DNA from: a virus
Length of the DNA stretch: 40,883 nt
Virus genome (UHGV): UHGV-0848487
Strand: one strand, 5' to 3'
Part shown: one piece after another, positions 1-8,749 of the stretch
Layout: every line of letters starts with the position of its first letter
How positions within the stretch are numbered: position 1 is the stretch's first letter
Translations under genes and position numbers: made by a program
The notes under the pieces: generated by a model
Database searches by the model: none
Seen by the model: only the letters and a program-made list of their open reading frames with translations
What the model was told of the DNA's origin: nothing

Positions 1-496
1 GACAGGTCAGGGTGTGTTGGATGCCCGCACCAGTAACAACCGTATCCGTTACTGCAGTAACAATAAATGGTTTTGCGTTATCGCCTGTTAAATCGGTAAA
101 TGCAATCAGGTCGCCTACCCCAACTCCGTCAGTGATAAAACTGCCGGTAGCGCGTGTGAACGTCTTGCCCGCGGGTGCGACGGTAATCGACAGACTGGAC
201 AGGGAAACACCGGATCGCCACGTAGAGCCTAAAGCACCAGCCAGCCAGTCATCCTGGCTTTTCGAGCTAAGCTCGATCGCGTATTCACCGCTAACCTGTT
301 TGTTACCGGTGCGGATGGATGTAGTTTCACGGCTGCCGTCCAGTTCGTTGGAGGTCAGCGTGTCGCGGGTGATAGCAGGAACGCCACCTGTGTTACGCAA
401 TGGCGACCAGACCGGGTTAGTCGGTGTTACGCCAGGGGTAGTTTCTGCCACATAGAATTGCGCAGTATTCGCGCCCTTAAAAGGAGTTGTAGCCAT
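1..496 (-). CDS. major tail protein, N-terminal part (partial; ORF runs off window start)
   Basis: Minus-strand frame opens at ATG 494-496 (MATTPFKGANTAQFYVAETTPG...) with no stop before position 1; lies downstream of neck genes; frame is continuous with the partial minus ORF at the window end if the ends are joined. Confidence 0.5.
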   Translation of the reverse strand, partial: MATTPFKGANTAQFYVAETTPGVTPTNPVWSPLRNTGGVPAITRDTLTSNELDGSRETTSIRTGNKQVSGEYAIELSSKSQDDWLAGALGSTWRSGVSLSSLSITVAPAGKTFTRATGSFITDGVGVGDLIAFTDLTGDNAKPFIVTAVTDTVVTGAGIQHTLTC

Positions 497-498
497 AT

Positions 499-915
499 TC
501 ACAGCCTCTTGGTGAATGCAATAAAGTTAATTGACAATGGTCGTTTGGCCCATCCGTTTTCTACAATCAGCGGCCCCAGGCTAACCGATTGAACCTCGGC
601 GCAGATGTCGTTACGAGAAAATGACTTACCTGCTTTGAATGCCGTGTTAAGTAAGTCTGCCATTTTATTGATTGGCGCGCTACCTTTCACCGATGCGTAG
701 TTAATGTCGACCTGATAAACACCCGCGCGTTGTTCCGTGAAGAACAAATCTGCTTGCTCGGTATCCGCCAGTAACATGTAACTTGCCAGATATGGCGTAT
801 CGGTTGACGTCGGCGCGTCGATGTTTTCAAGCGCGACCTTGATGCCGTTGGCGGTTCCGAAGGCTACCAGCGGAACATCGAACGCTTTTGTTAAGTCCTC
901 AAAGTAGCCCATCAT
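499..915 (-). CDS. tail completion / tail terminator-like neck protein (putative)
   Basis: 138 aa ORF immediately upstream of major tail protein in late operon; ATG at 913-915; function by position only. Confidence 0.35.
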   Translation of the reverse strand: MMGYFEDLTKAFDVPLVAFGTANGIKVALENIDAPTSTDTPYLASYMLLADTEQADLFFTEQRAGVYQVDINYASVKGSAPINKMADLLNTAFKAGKSFSRNDICAEVQSVSLGPLIVENGWAKRPLSINFIAFTKRL

Positions 916-1307
916 TTCACCTTGTTGGCTTCTTCGTTAATGAGTTGCTGGAAGCGAGACACATTAGTCCTGACAACCCCGGCTGGCGCCTGTTGCGACC
1001 AACCATACTCCAGCCGTTGCGCATACGGCAGATTATTTGTCAGCGTGAACTCATGCCAGTCAGCGGCTTTCAGCACGAAACTCGTAGCGTTTCCGGTTGC
1101 TGTGTTTCCTGATTTATCCGTAGCGTCCGTAATCCCGGAAGCAGGAGTACCGCCAGATGCCATCCAGTTCATACGAAAGCGGCCCGTGTCTACCGGACTC
1201 GCCTTTATAATAGCGGAAAACAGCTTGATAGACACCTGACGCATCACCTTCTCAGGGTTCTTCTTCGCCTTTTCCACGAACTTAGAGACATCGAGCGCGA
1301 AACTCAT
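912..1307 (-). CDS. head-tail joining / neck protein (putative, HK97 gp10-like by position)
   Basis: 131 aa ORF, 4-nt overlap with neighbours typical of coupled neck genes. Confidence 0.35.
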   Translation of the reverse strand: MSFALDVSKFVEKAKKNPEKVMRQVSIKLFSAIIKASPVDTGRFRMNWMASGGTPASGITDATDKSGNTATGNATSFVLKAADWHEFTLTNNLPYAQRLEYGWSQQAPAGVVRTNVSRFQQLINEEANKVK

Positions 1308-1663
1308 TTTCTCACCTGAATAAAGTACGCCACGACGTCATCGTTAACCATCTTCTTCTCAATAGCTACGATGGACCATTGCTCGCCGCCGAATTGCACC
1401 TTGTCTTCCATCTTCGGAACGACGCTGTAATCGGCTTTAACAATCATGTCGCCAGCCTGAATCGTCGCACCGTTTACCAGTCCCGCGTTTACCGGAACCG
1501 GAACGGCCTTCAACGGCAACACTTCATCCGCAGACCAGACGTACTCACCGAGAACTTCATCCCATACTTTTGAACCAGCGCGAATCAGAGATACCGTGCT
1601 ACCGAATTTGGTTAGCAGGCGCGTACCCACGCCTTGCATACGTTTACTGAAAGCGGTGCTCAT
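1304..1663 (-). CDS. head-tail adaptor / neck protein (putative)
   Basis: ORF track 1304..1744; preferred start ATG 1663 (MSTAFSKRMQ...) preceded by GAGGTG Shine-Dalgarno. Confidence 0.35.
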   Translation of the reverse strand: MSTAFSKRMQGVGTRLLTKFGSTVSLIRAGSKVWDEVLGEYVWSADEVLPLKAVPVPVNAGLVNGATIQAGDMIVKADYSVVPKMEDKVQFGGEQWSIVAIEKKMVNDDVVAYFIQVRK

Positions 1664-1758
1664 TTTAGCACCTCTTGCAGCGTCAAAAGAACACCGTAAC
1701 TGTGCAAGACTACCGCGGTAAGAAAACCAAAAACTACACCACATGTGAACTTATTCAT
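1660..1758 (-). CDS. small hydrophobic peptide (32 aa), hypothetical
   Basis: ATG at 1756-1758 preceded by GGAGG; translates MNKFTCGVVFGFLTAVVLHSYGVLLTLQEVLK; stop overlaps next ATG (ATGA); below the 60-aa ORF-track cutoff. Confidence 0.3.
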   Translation of the reverse strand: MNKFTCGVVFGFLTAVVLHSYGVLLTLQEVLK

Positions 1759-1808
1759 CAAGCGGCCTCCAGTCTCGAAATAACCAGTAGCGCAGAAGGC
1801 GCTGTGCC

Positions 1809-2372
1809 TCATGCGGTTACGGTAGCCGCTTGAGGGTATACGCCACCAAAGTTAGCCCCGGAGCTATCCCGCATAATCTGAACGGCAAACGTCTGGCCTG
1901 CGGTTGGGCTAATAACAACGCGGGACTCGATAGGAATTGTTATGTCGGCGCTTACCAGCTTAGTTGCTGCGGGAGAGCCGTACTGAGCACCGTTTACTAA
2001 AATACGTGATAGCAGGATTGATGTCCCACTAGCGCCAGTACGCCCCGCCTGTAACTTGATGCGAACGGCGTAGTTACCCGCGGTGTTGAATGTAACAAGC
2101 CCTGCGGCATTAATCATTACCGGGTTAGACGCGCCTCCCTGCGCAGCCCCGAAAGTTAACTGTAACGCTGTATCTACTGCGGTAGGCGCTTGCGCCACGG
2201 TTGACGTGGCACGGAGAACTTCTACCTCTTTAACACCGGATGCAGCGTAAAGCATGGAGTCCGCTAACTGGGTATTTACCTCGCGCAACAACTCAGGGGT
2301 TATAGCGCCAGTTGTATTATCGGCGAGATTTGTCCCGATAAGGGTGAACATCTCTGTTTTAGTCTTCGCCAT
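1809..2372 (-). CDS. structural protein, hypothetical (head/neck region)
   Basis: 187 aa ORF, A/G/T-rich, within late operon. Confidence 0.3.
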   Translation of the reverse strand: MAKTKTEMFTLIGTNLADNTTGAITPELLREVNTQLADSMLYAASGVKEVEVLRATSTVAQAPTAVDTALQLTFGAAQGGASNPVMINAAGLVTFNTAGNYAVRIKLQAGRTGASGTSILLSRILVNGAQYGSPAATKLVSADITIPIESRVVISPTAGQTFAVQIMRDSSGANFGGVYPQAATVTA

Positions 2373-2374
2373 TT

Positions 2375-2887
2375 TTAACCCCGGTACACGTTAAACGAGA
2401 AGCCATTGTTAAGACCACCACACAGTAACGGGCGTAATGCGTCGTCCGCAGCGGTAATAGCGGTTGTGGCGCCACTGTTGCCGTTGTTGAAGTATGTCAC
2501 TGTCACAGCACCCTCAACACGCTCAGTCTGCACGGAACGCCCATCTGAGTTAGCCCGAACATCAGTACCCGCACCATACGTAACCGCAGCGATTACTTGT
2601 GCCCGGATTAACTGCGACGGGATAACATTATCCGCTACGGTGAAGCCGTTTAGTGTTGTTCCTGTACGTGGGTACGCCAGAGACTGTTCAGCGGATACGC
2701 GACGCCCGCACATCTGAGGTTCTGCAAGCCCGACATAAGTAGCGCCGTTGCGCAAGGCCACCTCTGCTGCGGTATCGTCTTCTGGTAGCTCAAGACCATA
2801 ATTAGCCGCTAACGCGCGGGCGTCGGCCAGACTAACGTAACTGTCGGCATCAGGTACTATCGACCCATCTTCCACGATTAGCGGCAT
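2375..2887 (-). CDS. head-tail connector / head completion protein (gp6-like, putative)
   Basis: 170 aa; N-terminal SYVSLADARALAANYGLELPEDD resembles head-tail connector family N-termini; position after capsid gene. Confidence 0.4.
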   Translation of the reverse strand: MPLIVEDGSIVPDADSYVSLADARALAANYGLELPEDDTAAEVALRNGATYVGLAEPQMCGRRVSAEQSLAYPRTGTTLNGFTVADNVIPSQLIRAQVIAAVTYGAGTDVRANSDGRSVQTERVEGAVTVTYFNNGNSGATTAITAADDALRPLLCGGLNNGFSFNVYRG

Positions 2888-2890
2888 AAA

Positions 2891-3058
2891 TTATTCCTCT
2901 GATTTCGCCCGGCGCTGGCGGCGTGGTGTCTCTTCTTTAGCCGATTCTACCACGGTGCCTTCTGGTGCGAAACGAGCATCTACCACACGGAACCCCTGAC
3001 GGTTATACTCGCGCTTCTGCTCGATGGTAATTGGCATTGGTACGTATTTAATTTCCAC
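2891..3058 (-). CDS. small hypothetical protein (55 aa)
   Basis: GTG start at 3056-3058 preceded by GGAGA; stop TAA overlaps RBS of next gene; not in ORF track (under 60 aa). Confidence 0.3.
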   Translation of the reverse strand: MEIKYVPMPITIEQKREYNRQGFRVVDARFAPEGTVVESAKEETPRRQRRAKSEE

Positions 3059-3074
3059 TTTAATTTCTCCTAGT

Positions 3075-3100
3075 AAAAAAGGGCCGAAGCCCCTTTGTTT
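3075..3100 (-). terminator. intrinsic terminator-like hairpin after major capsid gene
   Basis: Minus strand reads GGGGC-ttcg-GCCC followed by TTTTTT directly after capsid stop codon. Confidence 0.4.
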
Positions 3101-3115
3101 TTACTACTAACCGTG

Positions 3116-4120
3116 TTACCGGTCTGCGTCGGCGATTGCCAGAGTACCGAGGGTGTGCTTGTTCTCGGCAACAGCTTTGCCCCAGTTAGTCGCGGTGAAC
3201 AGTTCTGCGTCCAGCGGAGATTTACCGCCGTTGGTAACGTCCCAGCTGTAGCCTTTCAGTTTCAGGCCGAAGCTGTAGTCCGCCTGCCAGGTGGTCTGGA
3301 TGCGGGTGTTACCGTTGCTGGTGTCAATGTTGCTGATAATGTCAGAAGCATTATCAACGATGATGCCGTTCGCAACTACGGACAGAACCTTAGTCTTGTT
3401 CGGGCTGCCAGCTTCGTACGGAACCTTAGTCTTGTTCGGGCTGCCAGCTTCGTACAGCGCAGGGATGTCGGAAATTACGTAACGCTTGCCGAGAACATCG
3501 ACAACCATAACGTTGCCAGCAACGAACAACTGGTTTGCGTTGGTCAGCGCTTTGTCCACCAGAGTGTGGTAGGCCGCGCCGGTCATGATGTCAGTGACCA
3601 ACAACTGAGACTGGTCGCCGAATTTAGCGTGGCTGTTGTTCAGCACGTTCAGGGACAAGCCAGCGGTCGCGGATACATCGTTAACCAGTGCAGTCTGACC
3701 GGATACCGCGGCAACGGCGGCACCAACAGCGGTGTTAAGCTGGTCAGCTAACAGTGCGTCAGAGAACCCTTCGGAGATAGCACGAATCGCGCTCGCCGGG
3801 TCTTCGTTCAGCCAGGTCATTTGCGCAGGCTCGAACAGTACCGGTCCGAAGCCGCCAGCGACTTTAACGCCTACATGCTCGCCCTGAGTCAGCGCGGTAG
3901 CTGCCTGAGACGCGATAGTGGCGTAACGGTCAACGCGGCGTTTAGCGGAGGCAATCTGGTTAAAGAAAGACTCACGGGAGAAGTCACCGCGCCATGAAGC
4001 GGTAGACAGTACAATTGCGCCACCGGAGGCTGCGTTAAACTGGTCAGTTTTCTGGCCAAGCAGTTCGATAGTGGTACCGACGATATCGTCGTTATAAACC
4101 TTCATATCTGACAGAGACAT
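3116..4120 (-). CDS. major capsid protein
   Basis: 334 aa ORF following scaffold-like gene; followed by terminator; position in head module; contains 36-bp in-frame tandem duplication. Confidence 0.6.
   Translation of the reverse strand: MSLSDMKVYNDDIVGTTIELLGQKTDQFNAASGGAIVLSTASWRGDFSRESFFNQIASAKRRVDRYATIASQAATALTQGEHVGVKVAGGFGPVLFEPAQMTWLNEDPASAIRAISEGFSDALLADQLNTAVGAAVAAVSGQTALVNDVSATAGLSLNVLNNSHAKFGDQSQLLVTDIMTGAAYHTLVDKALTNANQLFVAGNVMVVDVLGKRYVISDIPALYEAGSPNKTKVPYEAGSPNKTKVLSVVANGIIVDNASDIISNIDTSNGNTRIQTTWQADYSFGLKLKGYSWDVTNGGKSPLDAELFTATNWGKAVAENKHTLGTLAIADADR
3384..3455. repeat. 36-bp tandem direct duplication (2 copies, 35/36 identical) inside capsid gene
   Basis: gaaccttagtcttgttcgggctgccagcttcgtacg repeated head-to-tail; encodes duplicated peptide YEAGSPNKTKVP. 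Confidence 0.9.
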
Positions 4121-4126
4121 ATTCTG

Positions 4127-4753
4127 TTATCCTCGTTTGCCGTATTTGGCGTTAAGTTTTTGCTGGATTACGTCCGCACCACCGGCCCCGCCAGTAGAAT
4201 TTTTGTTACCGGAAGCCCCGCCGCCGGTTGCTGCATCTGCTTTAATCAGATGCGAAAATGCTTTGTGCTCACGCAGATACTTTTTAAATTGCTCTGCGTC
4301 GGTGGTGATGACATTACCATCTGCACCTGTGAACTTGGTCACAACGTCATCGCCGTCAAATTCGGTCTTGACCATCATAGCGATAATATCCGCTGCGCTC
4401 TCATCAATCAACATTCCAGACAACTGGCTGATAACTGATTTACGTTCCGCGCCGAGGATACGCTCAGCCATTTTGCTAATCTTACCGTCTTTCTCGGCGA
4501 GTACTGGCTCATACTGACTGCGCAACGTTTTCTCGAATGCCTCAAGTTCGCCGTTCTGTTTTGCGCGTTCCTGTTCGGCTTTCAGCTTCGCATCTGCGGC
4601 TTCTTTCGCGGCAGCGGCGGCAGCTTTCTTTTCAGACAAGAGCTTCTCGTTGTTAGCTTTAAGACCGGATACCAGCGCGTCAACTTCTTCTTTGGTAAAC
4701 GTGGTCTTAGTCTCTTGTTGTTCGATAGTTTCGTCTTTCACTTCTTCGCTCAT
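4127..4753 (-). CDS. capsid scaffolding protein
   Basis: Acidic, Ala/Lys/Glu-rich coiled-coil protein directly upstream of capsid gene; preferred start ATG 4753 (MSEEVKDET) after GGGGA. Confidence 0.55.
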   Translation of the reverse strand: MSEEVKDETIEQQETKTTFTKEEVDALVSGLKANNEKLLSEKKAAAAAAKEAADAKLKAEQERAKQNGELEAFEKTLRSQYEPVLAEKDGKISKMAERILGAERKSVISQLSGMLIDESAADIIAMMVKTEFDGDDVVTKFTGADGNVITTDAEQFKKYLREHKAFSHLIKADAATGGGASGNKNSTGGAGGADVIQQKLNAKYGKRG

Positions 4754-4775
4754 CAGTATGTCCCCTGGACGTTGG

Positions 4776-4794
4776 AATCCGGGCCACCCGGATT
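4776..4794 (-). promoter_or_regulatory. perfect 8-bp stem / 3-nt loop hairpin in scaffold 5' leader
   Basis: AATCCGGG-cca-CCCGGATT about 20 nt upstream of scaffold ATG; no U-tract. Confidence 0.35.
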
Positions 4795-4832
4795 TACATG
4801 TCAAGAATAAATTATTCCAACATACAAGGCAA

Positions 4833-5096
4833 CTATTCCAGAATATTCCTCACGTAATCCTGCAACATGAACACTTTAAGTCTCAGTTGCCGTACACATT
4901 CTGCGTTCTGGACGTCAATAGCTAAATCCTCGTCCGCGTCGTTACTTGGCAGTGCCAGTTTGCACGGCGGCTGCATCATCGTCGTATCCGGGGATGGAAT
5001 TGGCGTTTGCGACGGCGCGGGACTTGAGTTGCACGCGCTCAGGGTCAAAAGTGCACACGCTGCGGCCAGGCGTTTTAATGTACTTAACGACTTCAC
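4833..5096 (-). CDS. Rz1: o-spanin (Rz1-like outer membrane lipoprotein)
   Basis: GTG start inside Rz in another frame; signal peptide with lipobox LSAC (MKSLSTLKRLAAACALLTLSAC); Pro-rich mature region; overlaps and extends beyond Rz 3' end. Confidence 0.7.
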   Translation of the reverse strand: MKSLSTLKRLAAACALLTLSACNSSPAPSQTPIPSPDTTMMQPPCKLALPSNDADEDLAIDVQNAECVRQLRLKVFMLQDYVRNILE

Positions 5097-5328
5097 GGGT
5101 GATTACCTCTGATTTCGTCTTGCCTTCGTTATCAGCGGCGGCGGCCTTCGATTCATCCTGCTGCTGCCGTTGTGTTTTCTTAGCTAACTCAGCCTGTGCT
5201 TTCTGCTGTTGCTGCGAAACGAGATTCTCCCGGCCTCCGTTCCAGCCGCTGCGATACTGGTAGATGCCGTGTGCGTAAGCCAGGATGATGAAACATGCCC
5301 CCGCTACGACAGTTGCTTTAAGATTCAT
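4942..5328 (-). CDS. Rz: i-spanin (Rz-like)
   Basis: 128 aa; N-terminal transmembrane segment, Gln/Ala/Lys-rich coiled-coil, overlapping lipoprotein gene in alternate frame; AAAGGGGAAAC RBS. Confidence 0.7.
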   Translation of the reverse strand: MNLKATVVAGACFIILAYAHGIYQYRSGWNGGRENLVSQQQQKAQAELAKKTQRQQQDESKAAAADNEGKTKSEVITREVVKYIKTPGRSVCTFDPERVQLKSRAVANANSIPGYDDDAAAVQTGTAK

Positions 5329-5352
5329 GTTTCCCCTTTCTCGATAAGTAAA

Positions 5353-5372
5353 GCCCCGCCTTAAAGCGGGGC
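5353..5372 (-). terminator. hairpin GCCCCGC-loop-GCGGGGC followed by TTTAC, upstream of Rz
   Basis: Stem-loop read on minus strand; near-identical element in opposite orientation at 16780..16802. Confidence 0.4.
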
Positions 5373-5648
5373 GCTAGTCCTTATCATTTAAACATAGAAA
5401 CGGCGTAATCTCAGTAAACCAGTTACTTTTTACACAAGCAATAGAGTATGGCCCTTCCGAACGCGTCAGCGTAACTACACTCAGGACTTACGTCCCGCTC
5501 CGTTACCTGCCCGCGCCGCGGTCGCTTGTTCATACTTCACAAGCTCAGGTGGAGCTTAGCACATTTTTGGTGAAAAGTCAACTATTCGAATAGTTTATTC
5601 CAACATTTACAATTGAGTGGAATGACTGGAATAATCACAGGCACTAAA

Positions 5649-5666
5649 AAGCCCCTTTCGGGGCTT
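5649..5666. terminator. intrinsic terminator hairpin (bidirectional-looking)
   Basis: AAGCCCC-tttc-GGGGCTT flanked by A5 on plus side (U-tract on minus strand) just downstream of the 153-aa gene. Confidence 0.6.
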
Positions 5667-5670
5667 CAGT

Positions 5671-6132
5671 TTATTCTTGCTTAGTAACCTTCGCTGCTTT
5701 ACTTACGGCCTCTATACCATCGGCATCAGTGACTTTAACGAAGTATTCACCAACTGCGTTAACCGTCAGAGACAGAGCCTCTTCCGGGGCGTTTACCACT
5801 TCCTTCCCGTCTTTGTACCAGGTCAGCGCATATGGTGCTTTGCCCGCCTTAACTTCGACAGCGATATTTGCGCTGCCGTCTGCCAGTTCAGCGTCCTGCG
5901 GTTGTACGGAGAAATACACATCACCAGCATCCGCCAGGTACTGAATCTCATAAAGCATACCTGCCGCTGGCAGCGCAATACCGGTCTTGTCCGCAAACGG
6001 CATATCGTCCACTGGTGTTCCGAGTACACTTTCGTCTTCAATAAACACCACGTTCTCGCCAGAGCCAGACACGCGGGCGTACTGGACTACGCGACGAGAC
6101 GGTACGTCAGTTACTTTGAAAAAGCCCATCAT
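5671..6132 (-). CDS. Ig-like domain head protein (decoration-like, putative)
   Basis: 153 aa; C-terminal segment YALTWYKDGKEV...GEYFVKVTDADG resembles Ig-like fold signature; ATGA overlap with upstream MuF-like gene. Confidence 0.3.
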   Translation of the reverse strand: MMGFFKVTDVPSRRVVQYARVSGSGENVVFIEDESVLGTPVDDMPFADKTGIALPAAGMLYEIQYLADAGDVYFSVQPQDAELADGSANIAVEVKAGKAPYALTWYKDGKEVVNAPEEALSLTVNAVGEYFVKVTDADGIEAVSKAAKVTKQE

Positions 6133-7208
6133 TATTCCCCTTTCAGATAATCAGCAACACGTTTATCGAGTTCCGCCATCTGCTTAAGCGTGAGCGGATT
6201 CCCGAAACCATCTACAGATATTACGCGAAACTCTTCCGGCGATATACCGCTGTTACGGAAAATCTTACCTCGCACCGGGCCGAGCGCCTGGTCCTGAAAC
6301 CACGCCGGTTGTTGTTTAAGGAACTCGTAGTAAGTGGTGTCTACGCTTACCTGAGTGCCACCTTCCGCGCCTTTAGCCGCGCGTTTTGCGCCTTTATCGA
6401 GGAAGTCGAACTCGGAACTGATTACCGGAGCCGTGCACGACCGGCAGTTCGGATGGGCAGGGGGCATCGGCCCCTTACCAATTTCCCACGTCATCCCGTC
6501 TCTGACCCTGCAAATCGTACTGGTGCGGCTGTCAAGCGTTGACACCCACTCGTACTTCTCGATGATGTCGTCGTTCTGGCGGTACGTCTCGTTACGGGCT
6601 TCGTTGGACACGTGAGACAGCGCGGTGCGGATGACGGTAGCGGCGTTACGCTCAGAGATGTCAGCCAGCCCACCGGCGCCTACTACATTCTTAACAATCT
6701 GCCGTGTTGTTTGACCTTGTACAAAGCCCATCTTAACGCCGGTTACAAGACGTGCTACTTCCGTTTCACCCCAACCTGACATCAGTTTAGTGAAATCAAC
6801 TGGCTTGCCACTCAATGATAATGGCTGAAACTCAGCAGCGGCCCACACCTGTTCGGCGGTGGGCGTAACAAATTCCGCATCTACGTTGGCGGTCAGGGTC
6901 TTTACGTTCCACTCAGCTTCATACACCGCCAGTTCCTTGAGGTCTTCTGCCAGCTTTGTTTGCCAGTCACCAGTAAGTCCTGTCAGTACTTCTTCAAGGT
7001 CACGTAACAGTTTATTCAGTCGCGCAGTGCTGCGACCGTCGTCGCCGAATAGCAGCACCTGCCGTTTGATTTCGTCCCGCATCTCCTTAATGAACGGCGC
7101 GAGGTCTTTCACCTCACCGGATGCGGTGCGTTGCAGCCATATTTGGTGGCTGATTAGTGATGTAAGTAAGCTCATAGATAAACCCTGTGGCGCTAAAGTT
7201 AATAGCAT
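6132..7208 (-). CDS. head morphogenesis protein (Mu F-like / SPP1 gp7-like minor head protein)
   Basis: 358 aa located directly after portal; conserved-looking C-terminal region with HPNCRSCTAPV motif. Confidence 0.65.
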   Translation of the reverse strand: MLLTLAPQGLSMSLLTSLISHQIWLQRTASGEVKDLAPFIKEMRDEIKRQVLLFGDDGRSTARLNKLLRDLEEVLTGLTGDWQTKLAEDLKELAVYEAEWNVKTLTANVDAEFVTPTAEQVWAAAEFQPLSLSGKPVDFTKLMSGWGETEVARLVTGVKMGFVQGQTTRQIVKNVVGAGGLADISERNAATVIRTALSHVSNEARNETYRQNDDIIEKYEWVSTLDSRTSTICRVRDGMTWEIGKGPMPPAHPNCRSCTAPVISSEFDFLDKGAKRAAKGAEGGTQVSVDTTYYEFLKQQPAWFQDQALGPVRGKIFRNSGISPEEFRVISVDGFGNPLTLKQMAELDKRVADYLKGE

Positions 7209-7218
7209 ACTATAAGAA

Positions 7219-7234
7219 AGCCCCTTTCGGGGCT
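7219..7234 (-). terminator. hairpin AGCCCC-tttc-GGGGCT between portal and MuF-like genes
   Basis: Same GCCCC-TTTC-GGGGC core as 5649..5666; weak U-tract on minus strand (TTCTT). Confidence 0.35.
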
Positions 7235-7244
7235 ATATGTGAAC

Positions 7245-8738
7245 TTACTGCTGGGTGGGGTCTTTTTGCTGCGCCGACTGCGGAATCTCCCCAGCCACCT
7301 GAGCAACAGCACCTAATGGCAGAGGCGCATCCTCGATAGCGTTCTGAATGTCCTCGTCTGTCCAGTCAGTTACCCCCGCCTTACGCAACGCAGCATAGTA
7401 AGCGGTAGCCGGTAACAGGCCCGCGTTAATATCCGCCATCCACTGCGCGCGGTCCTGAGCGGTCATTGGTTGCAGGAAGAACTCCATGTTCAGTTTGAAC
7501 TCAATTTCAGTGCTGTCGCTAATCCCAAGCATACCCGCGACCCAGCGCAACGCATCGGTATACGCCATGCTTACGTTACGTGCGATTGTTGCCATAACGG
7601 ACGTATCAGCGCCGCGTTGCAGGCGTGCCGATTCCGCGGTGATTTGCTGCGTCGGGGTAATAAGCTGTGCACCAATCTGGATTGCCTGGTTCTCTTTATC
7701 CAACATGTTCTGCTTGGCTAGGTTGTTCTCACCGGCCTGGACCAGAAACGCATTGCCGCCGTAACCGATGTTATGGCCGGAACGTGACCCCATACGCACT
7801 CCGTGAGGGTTGGCTTCTTTCCATTGCCCCATGCTCATGTTCTCACCGGGGGCGATGAACAGAGTAGGCTGGCCTACGACGAAGCTGGACTCCTCATTGT
7901 CCGCGCTGTTGCGGAAGTGCCCGATATTAAGTTCAGCCAACGGCAGCAAAGGTGCATCGTCAGGGGTTGAGTCGTTATTCCCTGCACCAATGAATGTGAA
8001 CGGAATCACCCCGACCGGAATATTACCGAGTTTCGGGAATATTTCGATATAGCCACCTTCCATCAGTGCACCTTTCTGGTTAAAGCGGTACAGACGCTGG
8101 CGATACTGGCCTTCGAAAATATCAAGGACGCGGTATTGCTCGCCGTAGTTGGGGCTGAACTCATCCGCGCCATCGGTGTACTCGTATTCCTCACGCAATA
8201 CAACCATAACCACACGATTAACAGACCCGACGCGCTGGAGACGCCAGTTGATGATATTCTCTGCGGTGTAGAAAGCGATTGTTGGGTTTAGTAAACCCTC
8301 GTTTTGCTCTGCCATGGTAGCTACTTCTACCGCGGGGGCGTCAACCAGCAACCCACCGCGACCAACAGCATCAATCTCATACAGAGTATCCTGTGCGTGC
8401 TGCCACAGGCCAACGCCCGACCCGTCACAGTTAGTGGTCAGGTATTCCATCTGAGACGGAATAATCATCTCGGGGTCTTTGCGCATTACGCTGCCGACCA
8501 TGCCTGAAAGCGTTCGCTTGGTGAAGTTGTAGCAAATTGCCCCTGCTTCGTATTCAGCCTGACGCTGGCGACCGTAAACCGGGTCCGGCTCATTCTTACC
8601 GACGTCACGTAGATACGATGTCAGGTCGCCAGAAAGCGCATGTCGCACCTTCTGCCACTTAGGGAAATACTCTTCGTACTGGCGGTGGTGGGTTTTAACG
8701 TTCTGCCCTTGCCCTGCGTTAATGTTTGCGGAAACCAT
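7245..8738 (-). CDS. portal protein
   Basis: 497 aa ORF immediately downstream of terminase large subunit and upstream of MuF-like gene. Confidence 0.65.
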   Translation of the reverse strand: MVSANINAGQGQNVKTHHRQYEEYFPKWQKVRHALSGDLTSYLRDVGKNEPDPVYGRQRQAEYEAGAICYNFTKRTLSGMVGSVMRKDPEMIIPSQMEYLTTNCDGSGVGLWQHAQDTLYEIDAVGRGGLLVDAPAVEVATMAEQNEGLLNPTIAFYTAENIINWRLQRVGSVNRVVMVVLREEYEYTDGADEFSPNYGEQYRVLDIFEGQYRQRLYRFNQKGALMEGGYIEIFPKLGNIPVGVIPFTFIGAGNNDSTPDDAPLLPLAELNIGHFRNSADNEESSFVVGQPTLFIAPGENMSMGQWKEANPHGVRMGSRSGHNIGYGGNAFLVQAGENNLAKQNMLDKENQAIQIGAQLITPTQQITAESARLQRGADTSVMATIARNVSMAYTDALRWVAGMLGISDSTEIEFKLNMEFFLQPMTAQDRAQWMADINAGLLPATAYYAALRKAGVTDWTDEDIQNAIEDAPLPLGAVAQVAGEIPQSAQQKDPTQQ

Positions 8739-8749
8739 TTGTTGTCCTC

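Noticed and set aside
12-455. Plus-strand 147-aa ORF at window start
   Set aside because: Ser/Pro/Val/Thr-rich product with no start context; lies antisense to the major tail protein ORF, which has a good start and fits the operon; judged a shadow ORF.
3095-3751. Plus-strand 218-aa ORF antisense to capsid gene (and similar antisense ORFs inside portal, terminase, polymerase, tape measure and tailspike genes)
   Set aside because: All lie fully within longer opposite-strand genes with clear functional motifs or operon context; typical shadow ORFs.
5380-5560. Possible tRNA gene in the head-cluster intergenic region (also checked 12181-12529 and 16482-16956)
   Set aside because: No T-arm GTTCRANYC-like motif or cloverleaf-compatible inverted repeats seen by eye; cannot exclude without a tRNA scanner.
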